Below the pieces are notes generated by a model that was given only the letters and a program-made list of their open reading frames with translations, did not search any database and was not told the DNA's origin. A stretch of 63,092 bases of DNA, the filler included, from Bigelowiella natans CCMP2755 (lineage: Eukaryota > Protista > Cercozoa), in NCBI GenBank assembly GCA_000320545.1. It is 6 parts of 6 records of this genome, joined end to end, with 100 filler letters (N's around TTAATTAATTAA, not from the genome) between each part and the next. Parts side by side here need not be neighbours in the genome. Positions count along the whole stretch, not along the records: positions 21,335 to 43,899 come from ADNK01002475.1; 5 more parts are not named here. One strand, written 5' to 3'. The position numbers and the translations under genes are program-made. This document shows positions 27,200 to 42,947 of this stretch, piece after piece; position 1 is the first letter of the stretch; each line of letters starts with the position of its first letter.

Positions 27200-28011
27200 T
27201 CTTTGTTGCTGAAGCATGAAGAATGATACCAGTTGGAGTGATGATCACTACCCTCTCTCCTCTTCGCATTCTCTGAGATAAGGAGTGAAGGGGGGCGGCG
27301 ACAAGCTGCTAGATATGGCAATGTTGACTCATTGATTGATTCTTCGCAGGTGGACCGAGGAAACTTACCGGAATTTTTCAGGAAGCGTCGCCAACCTTTG
27401 CTGGCTAGGGGAAGGAGCGTTGGGGAGTAGATCTCTTCGTTCGTATCACCTTCAGTCGCCATCATGCAAGGATTATGTACATACTTACCCTCCTCGATTC
27501 TCGACTATCTGTACCGCCACAGGTTGCCAATACTCCACATATCTTGCTAAATGTCAATGTGTGGTTCACATATTTTTGAAATAATGCAATGTCAGCGAGG
27601 AACTCGATAAAAAAGAACCCCCCTTCAGACAGGATTATGAGACTGTGGTGTTATTCGCTGATGTTTCTGGTACTGTGATCTTCGCTCTCTAATGCTATAT
27701 TTTTTTCATGATCCAAAAATTGAAATTCCTACACCAGATTTTTTCCAGTGTGAGGGATAACTTAATTTTGTGATAACTTCCAGGATTCACGAAGCTGTCC
27801 GAAACTTTTGCCAACCGCGGCAGCCGCGGCCATGAGCTGCTGAAAAAGCATCTCAACTCTTATTTTGAAGTCCTTATGCGTGAAACCTCATCACAAGGGG
27901 GGGATGTGTTTAAGTTTGCCGGTGATGCGATATTAGTCGTGTGGCCGAGGTCAAATGAAGAACTAGAGCGTGTGACGCGCAGGGTACGTTAACTTTGTGG
28001 TGTGAAATTCT

Positions 28012-28048
<37 letters not shown>

Positions 28049-29606
28049 ATCCATCGTGTAACAATCCACAGATGTACCTGCAAACAGGGCTCTTTAAATA
28101 GAGTAACAATGCTTCATGTATCCTTCCTTTATGCCCCTCCACCCGACCCAGGCGGTCCAGTGTGCCATCCAAATAAAGGAGCAGCTGACAGGTTATGAAA
28201 TCCTCGACGACCACTCCGACAGCAAAGACTTTGCGAGATCAGGCGGTAGCAAATGCTCGCGGAAGAACGAGAAGATGGTTCTCAACGTCAAACTCGGGAT
28301 AGGAGTTGGGAAAATCTCCATCCTCCACATTGGCGGCTTCTTAGGCCGGATGGAGTACGTCGCCACCGGGTGGCCGCTCACGCAGTCGTTCAATGCGGAG
28401 CACCACGCGCAAGTGGACGACGAGCAGACCCTCGTCATCGCCAGCCCGGAGGTTTGGGAAAAAGTGAAGCCTTATTTCGAGGCATTCAAGATCCTGGACG
28501 GCGGCTATGCGTGCCTGAAATGCACGAAGAGGGGCAAGACGCTGCCGAAGGTCTCAGTGTTCAAAACCACAACCTCTCTGACGCACATTCGCTCCGAGCA
28601 GGAGGGCAGCAAGATCATGAAGCTGGTGACGCAATACGTGCCTGGCGCCGTGCGGCCCTACGTCAAGGACTTTGAAGAGTCTTGGGCGGACGAGCTGCGC
28701 GTGATCACCGTCCTCTTCGTGAATCTGGGCCTTGAGTCGGGCGCCTCGGAGCTCTACTCGGGGGAGAAAGACCTGGAGCGCATCCACGTGATCCTGAAGA
28801 CGGTGCAGAAGGCCGTCTACATGTACGAGGGCTCGCTGAACAAGTTCCTCATGGACGACAAAGGTTCCACGCTCATCGCCGTTTTCGGCCTCCCCCCGCT
28901 CGCCCACGAGAACGACCCCGTCCGGGGCCTCCTCTCCTCGCTGCAGATCTGCGTGCAGCTTCACAAGCTAGGCCTCGTCCCTTCCATCGGCGTCACCACG
29001 GGGTCAGCGTTTTGTGGCGTGATTGGCACGCGCACTCGCAGGGAATACTCGATCCTGGGCGATACGGTGAATCTGGCGGCGCGGCTGATGTCACACGCCG
29101 AGAAGAAGCTCGGCGGGGGGGTCCTCTGTGACGATGCCACGCATTACGCCTCCAAGCGTGTGCTCAAATTCACCAAGCTTGAGGATATCATGGTGAAGGG
29201 CAAGTCGAAGCCAATAAAGATCTTCCATCCCTACCCGCGATCGTGCGTCAGGATGTTCACGAAGGAGGGCCAGGTAGAAGAATACGGGCTTGGGATGATG
29301 CTGTTACAGCTCCTCGCTCCCCTCCTCCTCCTCCTCCTCCTCCTCCTCCTCCTCCTTCCTCTTCTTGTCGTCCCTTTTCCTTTCTCCCCATTCACCGAAC
29401 TACTCTTTATGTTCCAACGCAGGTCGACATCAAGAGGAGCAAACCACACGGTAGCAGCAGCATCATGGGGGGGAGCTTCTCGCGCAATGTGATGGGATCG
29501 GTCACCACCACGGCGACGACGACGAGGTCAAGCTCTTTGGAATCGAGTGACTCGCCCCTGCAGAAAAATTACAGCATCTCGGTGAGTCAGTCATGGGTAG
29601 CACCCC

Positions 29607-29644
<38 letters not shown>

Positions 29645-31647
29645 TGTGTGCATTGATAACTTAGTATAGCACTCGCCTGCTCTGCAGTAGGCTGATTGGT
29701 TGACTCATTTGGGCTCTATGGAAATTATTGGGGGAACAAACTTTCATTTGGGGGATGATCGGTTGTTTATTTTTTTTTGGGGGGGGGGGGGGGGATGGGC
29801 GTCTCGTCTTATGTCGCGCGGGTGGGGAAACCAGAAGAGCATCAGTGCGAATGCAAGTTTATTCCGCGCACGCAAAATCGCCTTCCTATCCAAAGAGAAA
29901 AATCGAGAGAGCGATGTTGCCAAAAAAAGGGGTGATGAGCAGCGGAATCTGTCCAACAATAAGAATAACAAGAAGAAGACGAAGAAGAAAAATAAGAAGA
30001 AAAATGCGCCTAAGATGTGGCCGCCCCCCCGTCCCAAACAAAAGGCCCGCTCTTGGTTTATTTTTTGGAAAGAGAAGCAGCTCGGCGTCACCACCAAATC
30101 CAATGACGACGACCAGGAGGACCCCGTCGCCGCCGATTTCAAAATCAGAGGCACAGCAGTCGGATACCTTACCGATGAGAATAATCATGATGCTGATATT
30201 GATAATGATGGCAATAAATCGAACTAGGGGTCCATCATGGATCCTGCGCTGCAAGTCAGGATTTTTTAATGGGATACGGGGGGGGGGGGGGGGAATAGAA
30301 GAGGGATATTGGGAGAAATGAAGGCAGAGACCTGCTCAGATGTTTCTTCTTACGATTTCTTGGCCGGTGTGCTGACGGCATGATTCTGCTGTTGTTGCTG
30401 GTGATATCATCGTCTTTAGGATGAGGAGAGTAAGGTGATCCCGTCTCGGAGACCAACTGATGCACGGTAATGAATAATACTGCTAGATGAGCTAGCTGCT
30501 TTCCCCTTACCTTAACTGTACGTGAAAACATCCCATTCTCCCCCTCACTACGAAAGCTCAGAACAGTAGCAGTAGCGCGTCTATCGATTCCCCTTCCTTA
30601 CATGTTGTGCGTGCGCCGAATTTACTATTCTACGGGTTCTTTTGTCGCCTTTCTGGCTCGTTTGGCACAATTATCTCACTGATCACACTATGTTTGATCT
30701 TGGGGTGGTTGGATTTTTGGATGAACAAACACACATTTTTATGCACCGAACGCGTGTGCGTGCGTATGCGTGTGTGTGTGTGTGTCCCCTTCCATTGCTT
30801 TTGGTTTGTTGTGCTCGCCTACATATCCGTTGTTGCGCTCGTTCTGCTCTTTTGCGTTAATGGCAATGAATCCACGAATAACCTTGCGTCGGCGTCACAA
30901 CACTACTTTACCCCCATCCTCCCCGCCCCCCCTTCTCTTCCCTCCTTCCATTTGGGGCGTTTTATCTCTGTCCCGTTTTGTTCTCTTTTTTTTCTTTTTT
31001 TTTAAATTCTATTTTGGAAAAAAACGTGAAAAAAATCCTCCACGTCCTCGGCTGGGGTGGTAATAAAAATGGGCGACGACAAACTGGAACAAAATGGCGG
31101 ATGATACTGGCAGCCGCAGTCATTCTGGGTCATCCGCCACCTCCTCAGCATCGAGCAGCTCTCACAACTTGCCGCGCGTGCTTGTCGAGATGGATCAAAT
31201 TCAAACCTCACCGACCTCGGCTTCGTTTGTGGTACGTCTTGGAAGCAGTAGCAGCATCAGCAGCATAAAAAAGAAGAACAAGATGAAGAAGGAGAAGAAC
31301 AACCGCTATCTCCAGCTCGAGAATGCGAAGAAGGAAGAGGCGGGCTTCATTAAAGAGCCGGCACGGGGTAAAACCAACAGTGCGAGGAACAAAATTAGGC
31401 AGCAGCAGCCGCCTTCGTCCCCATTGTCGTCGCCTCGCGCAAATATCGATAAGATCTTATCTAGATGCAGCAAAGGCGACGGTAATAATAACAGCAGCAA
31501 CAACGAAGACTCGTCGTCGTCATCTCTCCCTATGCAGCAGATAAGAAACCGAACTCTCTCGGAGCCAAAGAAAGCAGCCGCCTACACAAGCGTGACCACG
31601 ACTAATTCCTCCTCATCGATCTCCTCATCGTCCTCCTCCTCGGAGGA

Positions 31648-31688
<41 letters not shown>

Positions 31689-34600
31689 GCTACCGCGTAG
31701 ATTCGGGCTCATCCACCCTCATCGTGACGGGGCCGCCGGGTTTGATCCGCGTGAAAAAGAACGAGTTTCCACCCTCCCCTTCTTCGCCGCCCTCCCCCTT
31801 CTCCCCCCCCTCGTACTACTACCAACGTTACGCGGCGGGAGGGGGCTGCGGCTGCAGGCACAGCAGCAATAGCATGAGCACCAAAACCGGCGACGCTAAC
31901 GATGGTGTGTCTGCTGCCGCTGCCTCCGCTCCCTCGCCGATGAAGCTGGCGTTGAGGCAGCAGCATCAGCAGCAGCAGGAGGAGGAAATCAACCGCAAGG
32001 AGATTAGGAAAAAGAAGAACAAGAAGAAGAGGAAGAAGAAAAAGAAGCAGAAGAATATTACAATGGGGATGGTGTCCGCTATGGCATTATCATCATTATC
32101 ATCATCAGCGACATCATCGCCCTCATCGTCCTCCTACCAGCACCAGCACCGTCCCCCGCCCCCGCCCCTCTACCCGCCTTCGTCAACTGCTGACCGGGCG
32201 GGTCGGGCGGCGCGACACCGGCAAAGGAACGACAAGAAGCAACAGCAGCTTGACCATCACCAGCATCTACGAGCAAACCCGCCATATTCGAGGTCGCTGT
32301 CCGCCTCTACTCCCTTGGCTGCTCCCATTACTACCACCGCCCCCCCCCCCTGCAGCGTGGATCTTCGCGCCCCTGCTGATGTCGCGCCACTGTTTCGGCG
32401 TCACGTGAAGAGGACCAATGCCCCCAGTGAAGCCGGTGGGGGGGGGCGATTGGCGACATGTAAGGACGGCCCAGATAGCAGCAGCAGTAGTGGAGAAAGA
32501 CTCAGGGTTACTGATGCAGCAGCAGCAGCAGCACCAGCAGCAGCACCAGCAGTGAAATCGACGCTGGAGGTCGTTCCCGTCTTCCAAAGCCATAACGATC
32601 TGCTCAACCCCCTAGGCCTCTACGATGAGTGCTGCCTGCTCGATGTCGATTTCGGCGGCGGCCGGTCGGGAGGCGGGGGCGGAGATGCGCGCAGCGACCG
32701 CTGCCGTCGCTGCTGCCAGGAGAAGACGCCCCAGTCCCGGAGCGACGCCGAGGCGCTTTTCTCACAAGAGTCGATCCAACATTTAACAACAACCAATACA
32801 TTCCAATCACGTTTTCTTCTTTTGTACGTACTACTACGCATACACACCGCTTTCGTTTATCTTCTAGATGAGGGTGGATGCTAGTAGTAGCAGCAGTCCT
32901 CCGATGGTGTTGGGGTGTGGGAGGGGGTGGGGGGGGAGGTGTCGGAACAGATGATTTTATTGAGGAAATTGGGGTGTGTTGTGTATGCGTGTGTGTGTGT
33001 GTGTGTGAGCTCACTCATTGTGCGATTTATCTTTCGTTGAATATCTGTGACTGCGCTCCTCCTCCTCCTCCTCCTATTCCACATTCCATCGTGACGATAG
33101 CAAATAGCTTGAGAGATCATCATCCTTTATTTTCATCATGGTAGACTAGATTTGACATCGTAGCAGCATTTTGCTGCTTTCAATGCGAGGGCGGGAGGTG
33201 TTTTAACTAGCCTGTCGTTCATCTCTTCCTCTACGCCATTCGTCGCATTTCTTCGTTTTTCCTCTTCTTCCTGTCGCTATTTCCCTGCAGTGTTGGGGTC
33301 TGCGCTCGCATGCTGGGAATTCACCAGCAAAGCTCGTCCGAATACACAACTTTATTCGGGAGGAAGACAATTTTTTGCATTTTAAAACAAAAACGGGCGT
33401 CGATCTTGTCTATTCACCAGTCGTGGGATCTCTCTTCTGACTCGTTTGTTGTCCTTGTTCGTCTTCTTTTGTGCGGTGGATGTTTCTTCTTCGCTACACT
33501 GACTAGGCCAATAAAGGCATGCTCATTTAAGGACGATGTATTGCTCAGCGAGGTGGTGACGCACGCCAGGAGTAGCAGCATTGTTAGTAGGGATTCTTCT
33601 GATGCAACGATCATTTCACACTCGTACCATCTTCTCATCGTTGTAAATTGATGAGCAAGCTGCCGTTTTCTCCTCTTCCAAAACACATCGCTTGCACATT
33701 TTTCACGGTATCTTATGCGAGACACATCTACTCTCTTATGCAGATGGAAAAGGAGGAGCTTGCAATGCTGCTCGACGCCATGGCTAAGTTCCTTCAACGG
33801 CGAGGCAGCGGCCGCAGCAGCAGTAGCAGCAACGACAAAAGCGAGGTGGGTCGTGTCTTAATGAGAGGCATCTTTGGCAACAATACGTCGTAGGGAGATG
33901 CACAGATGGTTTTACATGTGTCCACATTAGCTAGCCAACACACCGACCGAGAAGGTGGGGTAATTTACAGATCATCGATGTCGCGGATTATGCATCTCAC
34001 TTAGAGAAGAAGCTTGGCGAGCGTATATTACTCCTCGTCTTGCTCTCCATCCCTCCCCCCCCCTCTCTCCCTCCCTCTCTCTCTCTCTATCTCTCTCCCT
34101 CTCATTTTACCCATATTTCCTTACACAGAAAGCATCGTCATCATCAGTACCAAATAAGCAGCAGCAGCAGCAGCAGCGACAGAACTACGGGATTCTCCCA
34201 AGAGACTCAAACGACGTCAGGGACTTGCCGTTGTCGTACGAACCTCCCTCACATATGCAGAACTCAAAGAAGTCGCAGCTTCAGAAGAGGGTAAGATGCA
34301 AGAGAGATGGCGAATGGTAGGGGAGGGGGAGAGCAGAGGCGCAAGAAGCAATGAAGGCTATGCATACGGCGCGAATCTCCTACTACGACGACCACTTGCA
34401 TCGTGAATTCGCTTTTGCTTTCATTTCCTCCTGCTCCTACTCCTCTTCGTCATCACCATCACCATCATCGCCACCATATATCGTCGTCATCGTCATCATT
34501 TCATCCTTCCTCCTCAGAAGGAAAGCAAGAGCGTGGATGGGATTGCATCCGTGAAAATAAAACGCTCCAAACGACGGCCGCCTCGCCAGATGCGATTCAT

Positions 34601-35492
34601 GACGCAGAGGTAGTAGTAGTAGTAGTAGTAGTAGTTGTAGTTGTATTTGTGCACGAGCGATGATGCCCTTTGGGAGCGGGGGGGGGTGGGGCAAGCATGA
34701 GCGTCTGACTGTACCACTAGTATTAACGAGTATAGCCTACAGTTAGCTCTTCATGTACTTTTTTTGTCGTTCGTGCCGGGAATCGGCCTTCCCCCCCACC
34801 TCCGCCCCCCCCCCCCCCCCCACACACATCTTCGTCCATTCGTTGCTGCTGTAATTCATATCCACCTATCGCCCTTAGAATATCGTCGATTGGTCCGATG
34901 TCGGCGGCGTGCAAAGTGATCCGGGTGACGCTGCCAAAGGGGTACGGTTTCCAGACAGTCAACTGCACGCCGCTCAAGACCGTCGGGCAGATTACCGAGA
35001 AGGTGCATGCGTGATTGGAGGGATTAGAAAGCAGGGGGGTTGGGGGGGGGGGAGGTCACGGAGGAGGATATGATGTACACCTGTTATCAATCATCATCAT
35101 ATACTACAATTGCTACGTATTATTGATATTGCTCTTGCGTGTGCGTCCGTGCACAGGTATTCGAGCTTCGCCGCAAACGCAAACTAGCCCTCCCGGGCAT
35201 CGCGTGGCGCAGCTTTGAGCTTGGATTTCCCGGCGCCCCAAGAGCCCTTCGTGATGAAACCAGCATCATGGAGCTGCCGAGTCTCAGGTCTCTGCTGCAG
35301 GCCAAGATTGGATCGGTAGTAGCTCGGTTGAGATGCGTGAAGGGGGGGGGGGATCAGGGAAAGTCTTTTTTCCCATGCAGGAAGATGCATTCTCGGGCTG
35401 CGTTTTTTGCCGTTATCAACCCGCCAATGAATCTGAATTTAGGAAGGATTTTCAACAAGAGCAAACCAAAAATAATACACATACGCGTTGTG

Positions 35493-35536
<44 letters not shown>

Positions 35537-37419
35537 GTTGTATGTAATCAGGGGCGCGATCTGATGGGAACGGAACTCAGTGGGGAGGGCATCGAGCCCC
35601 TCAAAGCTGCTGCCGATGACCAGAGCATGATGATGGTATTTATTGTCTCACACACTGCCAGCAGATAGAGAGATACCCAGAAATGAACACTCATCTCGAT
35701 GCCTGCATCTTTCCTTGGCCATAATAACAGCTTCAGATGCGGAAACGCAGGCTGCTCCGTGAGCCGGCGCGCAGCGATGGGTCAGGGAAGCAAGTTGTGA
35801 CGCGGGTTCGGTCCGCCTCCCAAGGCCACCGCCGACTTCAAAACAAGCTGACTGAGGTGGTGTTCTCGCCACACCATCATACGTGTGTGGTAGGAGGAGT
35901 AGGAGGAGTATTAGCAGTAGTAGCAGCAGTCTTCCCTAGATGTAGATGTGATGCGCGCAGACGTGTATTTATGTATATAGTCGTGATCCTCAAACGACAA
36001 CACAAACAACAGAAAATGATGACAGTATATCTGCGGGAGGAGAGTCATCAATGCTTCCCAACTCTCTCCTACCCCCCCCGTCCGACTCACTATGTTAAAC
36101 GATCGTTTGGTTGATCTTTGCCTCCCCTCCCCCCCTCCCCCCGTTCCGCCCAATTTTGTCGGCATCCAGGGCCCTCAGGTCCAACAGCTTCGTAGGATGC
36201 TGCTTAGAATGATTAACAATTTAGAGCAAACGGGCTCGACTTCAGACCCGACATCGCCGTTACCATCAACGCCCGCTGCTGCTGCCACTGCTGCTACTTC
36301 GCTGGGGGCGTCGGCGAATTCACTGAGCAGAGGAGCGGGGGGGGCACATTGGAAAAAACCGCCTCTGATTGACGTTAGATCGCCAAGAGCGCCGCGACCA
36401 GCACGGCACCAACAGCACCACCACCAGCCGCTTTCGAGTCGGGGACACCCCACCCCCCCCTCCTCCTCCTCCTCCTCGTACGAGAGCGGTGGCAGTGATT
36501 TGCTGGAAGAGGCGCCCGGCACGCAGGTCGTGATCATATCAGGAGGGATGGGGCTTGGGAAGACTCGCCTCCTGGAAACAACTGTGGAGGAAATCATCCA
36601 ACCGAGGGGGACGACCAGCGCGGCCTCCCCTCACGGCCAGCAGCAGCAGCAGCAGCGCCAGAACAACAATGGCGGGGGAGGGCGGCGGCGGCGGCGGCTC
36701 CTCCTTACCCCCTCACCCTACGAGTTCCACCCACATCTACTAACGGCCGCGGCTCGCAATTCGACATGAAAGAAGCCCGCTCTCCGCCATGCGCAGCATC
36801 CCTCTTCCGTATGATTGACCGAAAATTTTCGAAGAATTCCCCGGGGTCCAGGGCCACCCCCCACAAAAAAAGATAGGGCTGGGGTCAAAATCCCTTCGGG
36901 GGGGGCCGTCCCACCCTCGCCAACCCCGCGAAGTTTGGGGGTGAAAACAAAACGCATTCAAACCGGGGGCACAACCCTTTTCCCCCGAAGGCCAACCCCC
37001 ACAAAAACAACCAACCCAGGAGGGGGGTGTGGGGGGGGGGGAGGAAGAACGTGGCGACGAGCACGGCGGGCATGCATGTGTGACTATCGAGGATATTGCT
37101 GCCGTCCTCAACGACTCGCTGCGACTGAGCTTCCTCGAGACCGATTTCACGAAGGCGATGTCCTCATCAGAGCGCGTCGAGGCCGCCTCTATGCTGCAGA
37201 TTCTTCTGCTCAAGGCGTTCACGCGAGAGGTATGGATGGTTTTGTGCTGCTTGTTGTTTAAGCATCATGAAGTAGTAGTGGTAGTGGTAGTAGTAGTAGT
37301 AGTAGTAGTAGTCATAGTAGTAGCAGCAGCATCAACAGCAATATCAGCGGAGGTGGTTTAAAGGAGCTAGAAAATCGTTGCTATTGTCGAGGTCTTTACT
37401 TAGCCTTGCATCCTGTTGG

Positions 37420-37460
<41 letters not shown>

Positions 37461-37462
37461 TC

Positions 37463-37510
<48 letters not shown>

Positions 37511-38065
37511 TATATCCTTCTCTCACTCCCCCTTCTCCCCACCCACTCCGCAGCATGCGGCCGTGATCATGGTCGACGACGCGATCTTCCTCGATGCCGC
37601 CTCCTGGAAGATGCTGCTGCGTATTGCCACCGAGGTTCCGCACGTCCTGCTCGTAATCGCCACGCGCCCTCTCAACAAGCTGTACATGGCCGCGTTTGCC
37701 GAGGAGATTCCACAGGAATTCAAAGCCCTCCGACGCCTCCCAAAGACCATCTACGCGCCATTGCAGCCGCGGGGAGATGGCGTGCTGTACAAAATCGCAT
37801 GCCTCTCGCTCGGGGTGGCTGATGTGCCGCCAATGCTGGCCGATTTCCTCCTCGCGCGGGCCAACGGGAACCCTAAAGTCGTCAAGGAGTGCTGCTATGA
37901 GCTGCGCGCTCACTACGAGCTCTTCACGGTCGAAGACGGCCAGGTGGGGGCTGTAAGTAGTAGTAGTAGTAGTAGTAGTAATAGTAGTAGTAGTAGCGGT
38001 GGTGGTGGTGGTGGATATGATGAACAAATACATGAACAAATATATAACACATCTCTCTCTCTCTT

Positions 38066-38111
<46 letters not shown>

Positions 38112-38118
38112 CCCCGTT

Positions 38119-38159
<41 letters not shown>

Positions 38160-39846
38160 ATAAAAATGTTAGGTTTGGCTTCGAGATGGAATTGACTGGC
38201 TCCGGCTCGGCTCCTCGATGCGGTGTCCTTTCTCGGTGCGCGCGCTGTGCGCCCGGCGGCTCGACCGGCTGTCGTACAAGGCGCAGATGATCATCAAGAT
38301 CGCGTCGCTGCTTGGGAACGGTCGCTTCTCCTTCCGAGTCATCCAGGATGTGTACCCCCTGCGGGAGAAGAAGAGCCTCCAGCGCGAGTTCAGCATGCTG
38401 CGGAAGTTCAACATCATCTGTCCGGCCGACCCGCCGCTGATCGGCAGCGTGGCTGAGAACGACATCGAGTGGTGCTTCGTCGACTCCTTCATGCAGAACA
38501 TGCTGCGAAACCGCCTCATCTCCAACCAGACGAAGCAGCTCCGCGTGCGGGTGCTCAACGCCCGCATCGCCCACTTCGTCAAGATCCTGGCCCAGTGCAA
38601 GGAGCAGCAGACCGGCATCGCCTCTCTAAGCACCACGGGGACCTCCATTCGAGACGGGGTGCACGCCGTGAAGCACTGCTCCGCGGACCTTTGGAACGAG
38701 GAGACGCAGTCCTGGGAGCTCAAGTACATCGTGCTGACCTACCGCGGCTTGTTCGTGCTCGACGACAAGGAGGACTTCTACAGCGCGGTGACGAACAAGG
38801 GCCAGATCTGCTGGTGGATCCGCATGAACACGGCGCTGGCCTTCCGCGAGAACGAGTTCCGCGGGCGCAACTTCACGCTGGTGCTCCGCGACGTGCAGGA
38901 CTTCTACAGCCGCTTCCAGAAGGAGCTCTTCGAGAAGCCGAAGTCCTTCCGCTTCGCGCTCGCCTCCTACGACGCGATGGAGAAGTGGCTCGACGCGATC
39001 AAAGGGCATCAACCAGCAGAAAAACTCGAGGCTGTTCAAGAAGAACGAGAACCTGGGCCGCGCTCGGCGTCAAGTGGGAAAGAATCCCGGGAGGAGCGGC
39101 GAAAGCTCCTCCAACTCCCCACGACTCTCTCGAGAAGAAGCGCTACGAGCACGTTCAGACGTGCTCTCCTCCTTTCAAGCTGTGCTGCAGCCGGAGTCTC
39201 TCCGCACCGACGAGTGCTTCGTCAAGAAGTTCCGAGGGGTCTTCATCACCTCGATGTACAAGAAACGGTTTATCATGCTCGCAACCTCCAAGGAGCCGGA
39301 GGCGGAGGGGGACGAAATTCTGGAGAACAACGCCGATATCCGCGCCGGATTCACCAGCGTGAAGATGACCACCCCCACCACCAAAGGGGGTAGGGACGAG
39401 GAGGAGGAGGAGGAGGCCATACAGCTACTTATCGTCTCCAAGACTGATGGTATTAAGGAGAAGGCCAATGTTACCGATGCTGTGTGTCTTTCCACGCGCT
39501 GTTGTAAGGTACGTGTGTGCTGGCTGCTGCTGCCCCCTCCTCCCTCCCCCCTCTCGTTCTTGATTGGCCTATTCTCCGCGCGTTGCTCCCTAACCCAACC
39601 CCCCCCCCCCCCCCTAACAGGTGGAGTATAAGCTGAACTGGAGCGATGACGATGGCAAGAAGAAATCATCGTCCAAGACTACTTCCAAGGGCGGTGACGG
39701 TGACGGCAGCGGGGATCAACCCGGCGGTGGGTCTCTCTTGATTAGCGGGCAGCTATGGATGAAGAAGTCCAATGCTCTGTGGGAGCAGAAGACGATGGAG
39801 ATCGACTTTCACGACGATGACCTGATGTACTTCTGGTTTCATAAGG

Positions 39847-39885
<39 letters not shown>

Positions 39886-40293
39886 GTGTGTATCGTGCGC
39901 TTTCTATCGCCTGCCTCGGGTGACTATGCTATCTATATCATTGCAGACCGATCATTTGGGGGAGGGGGGAGGGTGAGAGACAGAAAAGTAAATGGGGATG
40001 ATGTATATTTTTTGGGACACTGCTCAAGGGCAGAAATCACGGTCGTTTCTGTAGATTTCGTGATATCTATATTACTGTTTGTTTCAGATTGTTTGGGTCC
40101 TATTTATTACCCCTATATTCTCTCTCTCTCTCCCCCCCCATCAACCCACTAATTGCTGCCCTTCTTGTTGCTGCTATTCGTTTGCCCCACCACCGCCATT
40201 ACCTCTGAAGATCCACGACGCCATTCACAAGTATCGCCGGAAACCCGACATCACGGAGTCTAAGCTCGCTAGCCATTTCGAGGAGACGAATGT

Positions 40294-40325
<32 letters not shown>

Positions 40326-41448
40326 ATAGTCATCCGAAGAGAAAATCACAGGAAACAATACTTTTACATGATATTGTTGTTGTTGTTATTATATATTTAC
40401 TATCTCCCTTTCTGCCCGCTGCTACTCTCTACTACCCGCAGGGCCTTTACTCGTCCCCAACGCACCGCGCGGCGGATATCATCTCGATGCCGACGGCACG
40501 CGACGCGCGCTCGGTGATGATGCACGAGGTCAACGGCTGGCTGACGTTTGACCGTTCCAATGACCTGAAGCGCACAGCAGTGGGCGGGGGCGGGGCCGGA
40601 GGGGAGGAGAAACAAATCCCGACGACTTCGATCCCATCATTGAGGCAGCAAGCTCTGCGACAGGCAGGGGGCACGATGCGCCTCTCCTCGCAACGTTTCC
40701 TACCACAGCAATCATCATCGCCCACTCTCCCCGGTGTGACTATGGAACCAGCAAAGGGAAGTGGAGCAGGAAGGGGGGAGCTTTCTGAGGATGCTGCTGC
40801 TGCTGCTGCTAAAGTTGGTAAAGCTAAAGCGAAAGCTATGCGACCTGCCCCCGCCGTGTCGTCAGCGATTGGGGAGGAATACGATGGTAACAGCGCTGTT
40901 GCTCTTGGCAAAACATCCAATAATAGCCAATCCAATGGAGGAGGAGGTGGTGGTGGCGGTGACCCCCCTTCGCAGCACGCTGGAGAGCGGAAGGGGCGGG
41001 GAGAACCTGATGCCACTACCGGCGATGGATCGACAGATGATGTGCCCCCCCCCCCCCCCCAAACACCTGCTGGCTCAGAACCATCGAGGATCGACCCGTC
41101 CTCCTCCTCCCACCCCTCCCACATCCAACAAAACGGATACACAGACGCCATCCCACTTACGACGCACACGCCAGGTGAGATGTCTAAGAAGGGGGGCGAG
41201 GAGAGGAGCCCCATCGTCTTATCATCGCCGGCGCGGAGCCGTATCAACAGCGCCGCAGCAGTGCCGTCGGGAAGGAGCCCGAGCAGCTCGCACAAGTACA
41301 TGAACTCGAATCTATCCGTGGACGCGATGAGCACCATCACCGCCGCTTCGGGGTATTATTTACTTCGCTGCCACCTAATCGCTCTTCCAAGGAACAAACA
41401 CCATTATAATAGAATCAAAATACTCGACCTCGGCGTTAATGCTTGCTT

Positions 41449-41498
<50 letters not shown>

Positions 41499-42264
41499 TC
41501 CGCATGGTGTTGTTGACTACTGCTACTTAGGGGTGCTGGTGGGGGGGGCAGCATGATGAGCTCCATCAACGAGACTGGCTCAGAAGCATCGATAATGACC
41601 GATAACGATCTTCAGAGCAATGCAGGCACGACGGTGACGTCGGGTGGCGTCATGACGATGATGATGGGGGAGGGCAGCAGCCATGGAAGTGGCGCTGGGA
41701 GCGCCAACATGCAGCAGCTCCGTCAAATTTTGAGCGTTGAGCAGGATAAATTGGTATGCATCGCAGTAGTGGAAGTAGTCATGGTTTGTTTCCGTGGTAG
41801 GGGGGGAAGGGGGGGGGGGATGAACACAATAAAACTCCCACTGCCGCTGCTACTGACGAAGTGATTGTGGTGCTACAATATGATGGACGACGTAGGCGAA
41901 TTCCTTGGAAGCGCTGGAAGATGCATTGGCTGTCATTCGTGACGCTACTGCAACAAAGCAAGAACCTCGATGACGACGGCGGCGGCGGCGGCGGCGAAAA
42001 CCACGGTGCTAATAAGGCGCTGGTGGTGGAACAAAGGTAAAGATCGTTGAATAATGAGAGAAGGAGCAGCAGGCGGGGGAGGGAAGGGGAATCAGACGCC
42101 ATTTTCTATGGCTAGCAGGCAGGGGAAAAGGGGGGGGGGGAGGGGGGAAGAGAGAATTTGGCGACTTTAGCACATGTATTGAAATAAATGGATAATTAGA
42201 TATAAAGGATGCAATCATGCTTGTGCATATTACTGATACTCTCGATAACGATGGAACGCTTCCC

Positions 42265-42307
<43 letters not shown>

Positions 42308-42540
42308 CCTCCCTCATCGCGCAGGCTCTCCACGCTCCGTAAGCAGATACAGGGCCTGCACGCGTTGGTGGAGGCCAAGATGGTCGCGTCGTCGGGCAGC
42401 ACCGGCGAGAAGGAGAGCAGCCTCAGCGGTACAGCTTCAGCCTCCTCGCGAATGATGACCGTTATGGACGAGACGGTGGACCGAACTACGAGCCACTGGC
42501 TCAAGGTGAGACGACGAGTAGCAGCCAGCACTTGCTGTCG

Positions 42541-42588
<48 letters not shown>

Positions 42589-42915
42589 AGCCGTTGTTTG
42601 GTGCTATTTTGATGATGTTGATGATGATGATGATGGAGCGGTCTGACTGTGGGAGGATAGCCCGTCTGACTGATTGGGGTCCTTGTTTATGTATTTTGTC
42701 ACACCAATGAACGTCGTCAGTCGGAGTATACGCGGCACCGCCCTGCCCGGCCGCACAAGATGAGCTGGGTAGCCGTCCCCCCCGTCCTTGCTGACGCCAA
42801 GCAGCAATACGCCTCCCCGCAGCAGGGGCAGCAGCAGAAGAGAGAGGAGCACAAGCACAGCCCTTCCCCTGGCTCGATGCTTGAATCCAAGGCCGATCTT
42901 CCACGCGACACCGCT

Positions 42916-42947
<32 letters not shown>

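Noticed and set aside
29690-31090. Frameshift-like, homopolymer-rich segments within the cyclase locus
   Set aside because: Resemble low-quality sequence; real disruption cannot be inferred
36810-37045. Apparent insertion disrupting the STAND exon
   Set aside because: Pervasive homopolymer stretching typical of low-quality single-read consensus; not evidence of a mobile element or pseudogene
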